From Burkholderiales bacterium (GTDB lineage: Bacteria; Pseudomonadota; Gammaproteobacteria; Burkholderiales; SG8-41), in NCBI GenBank assembly GCA_019634975.1, contig JAHCAI010000005.1, forward strand, positions 177,719-241,718: a stretch of DNA of 64,000 nt. The letters run 5' to 3'. The stretch's first letter is position 1, and the number at the start of each line of letters is the position of its first letter. Positions 61,789 through 64,000 of the stretch are shown piece by piece. A program made the translations under genes and the position numbers. Below the pieces are notes generated by a model that saw nothing but the letters and a program-made list of their open reading frames with translations, was not told the DNA's origin and ran no database searches.

Positions 61789-62959
61789 TCCCAGCAGGCG
61801 CAGCCTGTCAGCGCGCCGGACACAGTCCGGCCTCAGCCTCGTCGAAATCATGGTCGGCGTGCTGATCGGCATGATCGGCATCATCGTGATTTTCCAGATG
61901 CTGGCCACCACCGAGGAACGCAAGCGCACGGCCACCGCCGGCAGCGACGTGCAGGTCACCGGCATCATCGCCCTCAGCACGCTGGAACGCGATATCCGTG
62001 AAGCCGGCTACGGCTTCTCTTCCGCCGCCTACGATACCGGCATCACCCCGGTCATGGGCTGCACCGTCAACGCTTTCGACGCCGGGCGCCCGACCACCGC
62101 CTTCACCTACCGCCTGAGCCCGATCCAGATCATCCAGGGAACAGGCACGGCCTCCGATACGGTCATCGTGCTGCGCGGCAGCGGCGGCACCTTCCCCGCA
62201 GCCCATGTCTTCACCGAATCGACGGACACCTCGAAAAAAACCCGCGGCCGCGCCGGCATCTCCCCGCGGGATATCCTGCTGGTGGCGAGAACGACACCGA
62301 CGCTGGACTGCATGACGGTCGAAATCACCGATGTCACCGACGCCGATGCACTGACCATCCGCCACAACCAGGGCAGCTACAACTACACGGTTTACCTGCC
62401 TGACGGCAGCACATCCACCGAATCGCGCATCGCCCGCCACAACAATGCGGCGCCCCCGATCACCTTCAGTGCCGGCTACCTGTTCAACCTCGGCAACAGC
62501 CCCCGCCGCAACATCTGGACCGTGCAGAACGGCCGTTTGCAGGTGACCAACGACCTGCTTTACCAGGACACCGACGGCAACGGCGTCAACGATCCGGTGG
62601 AAGTGGCCGACAACGTCATCACGCTGCAGGCCGAATACGGCCTCGACGCCAACAACAACGGCCGCATCGAGGCCGGGGAATGGACAACCGCCGACCCGGC
62701 GACCACCGTCGCCTGGGCCAATCTGCTTGCCGTGCGCGTGGGCATGCTGGTGCGCTCCGGCCAGTTCGAACGCGATGCGGTCACCACCACCGTGCCGTCC
62801 TGGGCCGGCGGACAGTTCGTGATCACCAATCTTGACGGCAGCGCCAGCGGCACCACGCCGTCGGATCCCGCCAACAACTGGCGCCATTACCGCTACCGCG
62901 TCTACGAAACCGTGATTCCCCTGCGCAACATGCTGTGGGGCTCGCAGATCCGTCCCTGA
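61778..62959 (+). CDS. pilW: Type IV pilus assembly protein PilW
   Basis: Leader ...TQSG|LSLVEIMVGVLIGMIGII. ~390 aa and overlaps the pilV end. Confidence 0.65.
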   Translation: MCSDPSRRSLSARRTQSGLSLVEIMVGVLIGMIGIIVIFQMLATTEERKRTATAGSDVQVTGIIALSTLERDIREAGYGFSSAAYDTGITPVMGCTVNAFDAGRPTTAFTYRLSPIQIIQGTGTASDTVIVLRGSGGTFPAAHVFTESTDTSKKTRGRAGISPRDILLVARTTPTLDCMTVEITDVTDADALTIRHNQGSYNYTVYLPDGSTSTESRIARHNNAAPPITFSAGYLFNLGNSPRRNIWTVQNGRLQVTNDLLYQDTDGNGVNDPVEVADNVITLQAEYGLDANNNGRIEAGEWTTADPATTVAWANLLAVRVGMLVRSGQFERDAVTTTVPSWAGGQFVITNLDGSASGTTPSDPANNWRHYRYRVYETVIPLRNMLWGSQIRP

Positions 62960-62972
62960 TGGCGCAACAGCC

Positions 62973-63545
62973 ATGGAGCATTCCCCCATGAAAACCATCC
63001 GCAAGCAAAAAGGTGTCGTCCTGTTCATCGCGCTGATCGTGCTGGTCGCGATGTCGCTGGCCGGCGTCGCACTGTGGCGCTCGATCGGCACCGGGGTGCT
63101 GATCGCCGGCAACATCGCGATGCAGCGCGGCGCGGTCACCTCCTCGGACGTCGGCATCGAAAGCGCGCGCACCTGGCTGATGGCGCAGGGGCCGACCGTG
63201 CTCAACAACACCCAGCCAAGGGCTTACGTCTCCAGCTGGGACGAGCGCTTCGATGCCACCACGTTCAACTGGGATGCCCAGGGCAGCACGCCGCCGGTCA
63301 CCGATTCCGCCGGCTTCTCGGTGCAGTACGTGGTCCACCGCCTGTGCAGCGTCCCCAATGCCGGCCACAATGCACCGAACCAGCAATGCCTGACCGTCAA
63401 TGTGGCCGGCGGCAGCAGCGGCCGCGCCGCCGGCAGCTACGGCATCATGCCGCTGTCGGGCACCACCTACATCTATTACCGCATCACCGCGCGGGCGCTG
63501 GGCCCGCGCAATACCGTGTCCTATACCCAGTCAATCATGTACTGA
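62973..63545 (+). CDS. pilX: Type IV pilus minor pilin PilX
   Basis: KQKGVVLFIALIVLVAMSLAG (no Glu+5, typical for PilX). The start is ATG 62973 or 62988. Confidence 0.6.
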   Translation: MEHSPMKTIRKQKGVVLFIALIVLVAMSLAGVALWRSIGTGVLIAGNIAMQRGAVTSSDVGIESARTWLMAQGPTVLNNTQPRAYVSSWDERFDATTFNWDAQGSTPPVTDSAGFSVQYVVHRLCSVPNAGHNAPNQQCLTVNVAGGSSGRAAGSYGIMPLSGTTYIYYRITARALGPRNTVSYTQSIMY

Positions 63546-63576
63546 CCGCGGAATCCGTCCGCACCTGGAGCTCCTC

Positions 63577-64000
63577 ATGAACGCCCGAACCCTCTCGACC
63601 ACCGGCCTGTGCGCCCTTGCGCTGGCGGCCGGCCTCGCAGCCGCCCCCGTGGCAATGGCAGCGATGACGGATATTGCCAACGTGCCGCTCGCCAGCAGTT
63701 CGACCACGGTGGTCAAGCCGAACGTCCTGTTCACGCTCGACGACTCCGGCAGTATGGGCTGGGGCTACATGCCGGACAGCATCCGCGACCGCTACGACAG
63801 GACCGGCTACAAGAGCCATCTCTGCAATTCGATTTATTACAACCCGAACGTCGTCTACGTACCGCCGAAAAACGCCGACGGCACGGATTTTCCGAATGCC
63901 AGTTTCACCGCCGCGCGCTACGACGGCTTCAACTCCGGCTCGTCCACGGTCAACCTCAGCACCAGCTTTCGCTCTTACGACGACAACCTGAACTGGAACA
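63577..64000 (+). CDS. pilY1: PilY1-like tip adhesin, N-terminal part (runs off window)
   Basis: Not in the track (no stop). ATG 63577. Signal peptide, then IANVPLASSSTTVVKPNVLFTLDDSGSMGWGYMP (vWA/MIDAS-like DxSxS), as in the PilY1 N-terminus. Confidence 0.7.
   Translation, partial: MNARTLSTTGLCALALAAGLAAAPVAMAAMTDIANVPLASSSTTVVKPNVLFTLDDSGSMGWGYMPDSIRDRYDRTGYKSHLCNSIYYNPNVVYVPPKNADGTDFPNASFTAARYDGFNSGSSTVNLSTSFRSYDDNLNWN

Noticed and set aside
61808-63211. 467-aa minus-strand ORF, plus similar ones at 60662-61069 and 61062-61980
   Set aside because: They are antisense to the pilV/pilW/pilX genes, which have clear prepilin leaders and operon structure.
1-64000. CRISPR arrays, rRNA genes, riboswitches, prophage structural genes, toxin-antitoxin pairs
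   Set aside because: No regularly spaced direct repeats, no rRNA-like conserved stretches and no phage capsid/tail-like ORFs were seen. The only tRNA-related sequences are those at 50.9 and 59.4-59.6 kb. Absence is by visual inspection only.

Overview
This is a high-GC proteobacterial chromosome segment. I infer a betaproteobacterium from the very large Bug/TctC binding-protein expansion, the REP-like repeats and the gene content. No searches were run; every call rests on reading the translations and the DNA. Layout: (i) 1-19.4 kb holds mixed housekeeping and accessory genes: pmbA, yjgA, mog, an esterase, two family-III CoA-transferases, a GNAT, DMT and UMF1-MFS transporters, a GGDEF sensor, an amidase, a ThDP enzyme and a LysR regulator. 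(ii) 19.4-50.8 kb is an accessory catabolic region with 11 Bug-family periplasmic binding-protein genes, one frameshifted and one highly divergent. They are interleaved with orphan enzymes (PrpD family x2, SMP-30 lactonase x2, an enolase-superfamily enzyme, an amidohydrolase, an acyl-CoA synthetase and dehydrogenase, and others), and no TctA/TctB membrane genes are present. (iii) 50.9-59.6 kb is an AT-richer genomic island of about 8.6 kb inserted in the anticodon loop of a tRNA-Thr(CGU) gene. The host tRNA is left as two separated halves, while the island carries its own complete tRNA-Thr(CGU). Its cargo is a SIR2-APAZ + short (MID-PIWI) Argonaute operon, which is the most interesting system in the window. 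It also carries a truncated integrase remnant plus an intact paralogous P4-like integrase, an AlpA/Xis-like gene hit by a GC-rich IS3-family element, and a ParA-like ATPase paired with a 165-aa putative DNA-binding partner. (iv) 59.6-64 kb holds a Cys-poor Fur-family regulator and a type IV minor-pilin operon (pilin, FimT/GspH-like, PilV, PilW, PilX, PilY1 5' part). I found no rRNA genes and no CRISPR array. Many long ORFs in the track are GC-driven antisense artefacts, and many real genes start well inside the longest ORF given.
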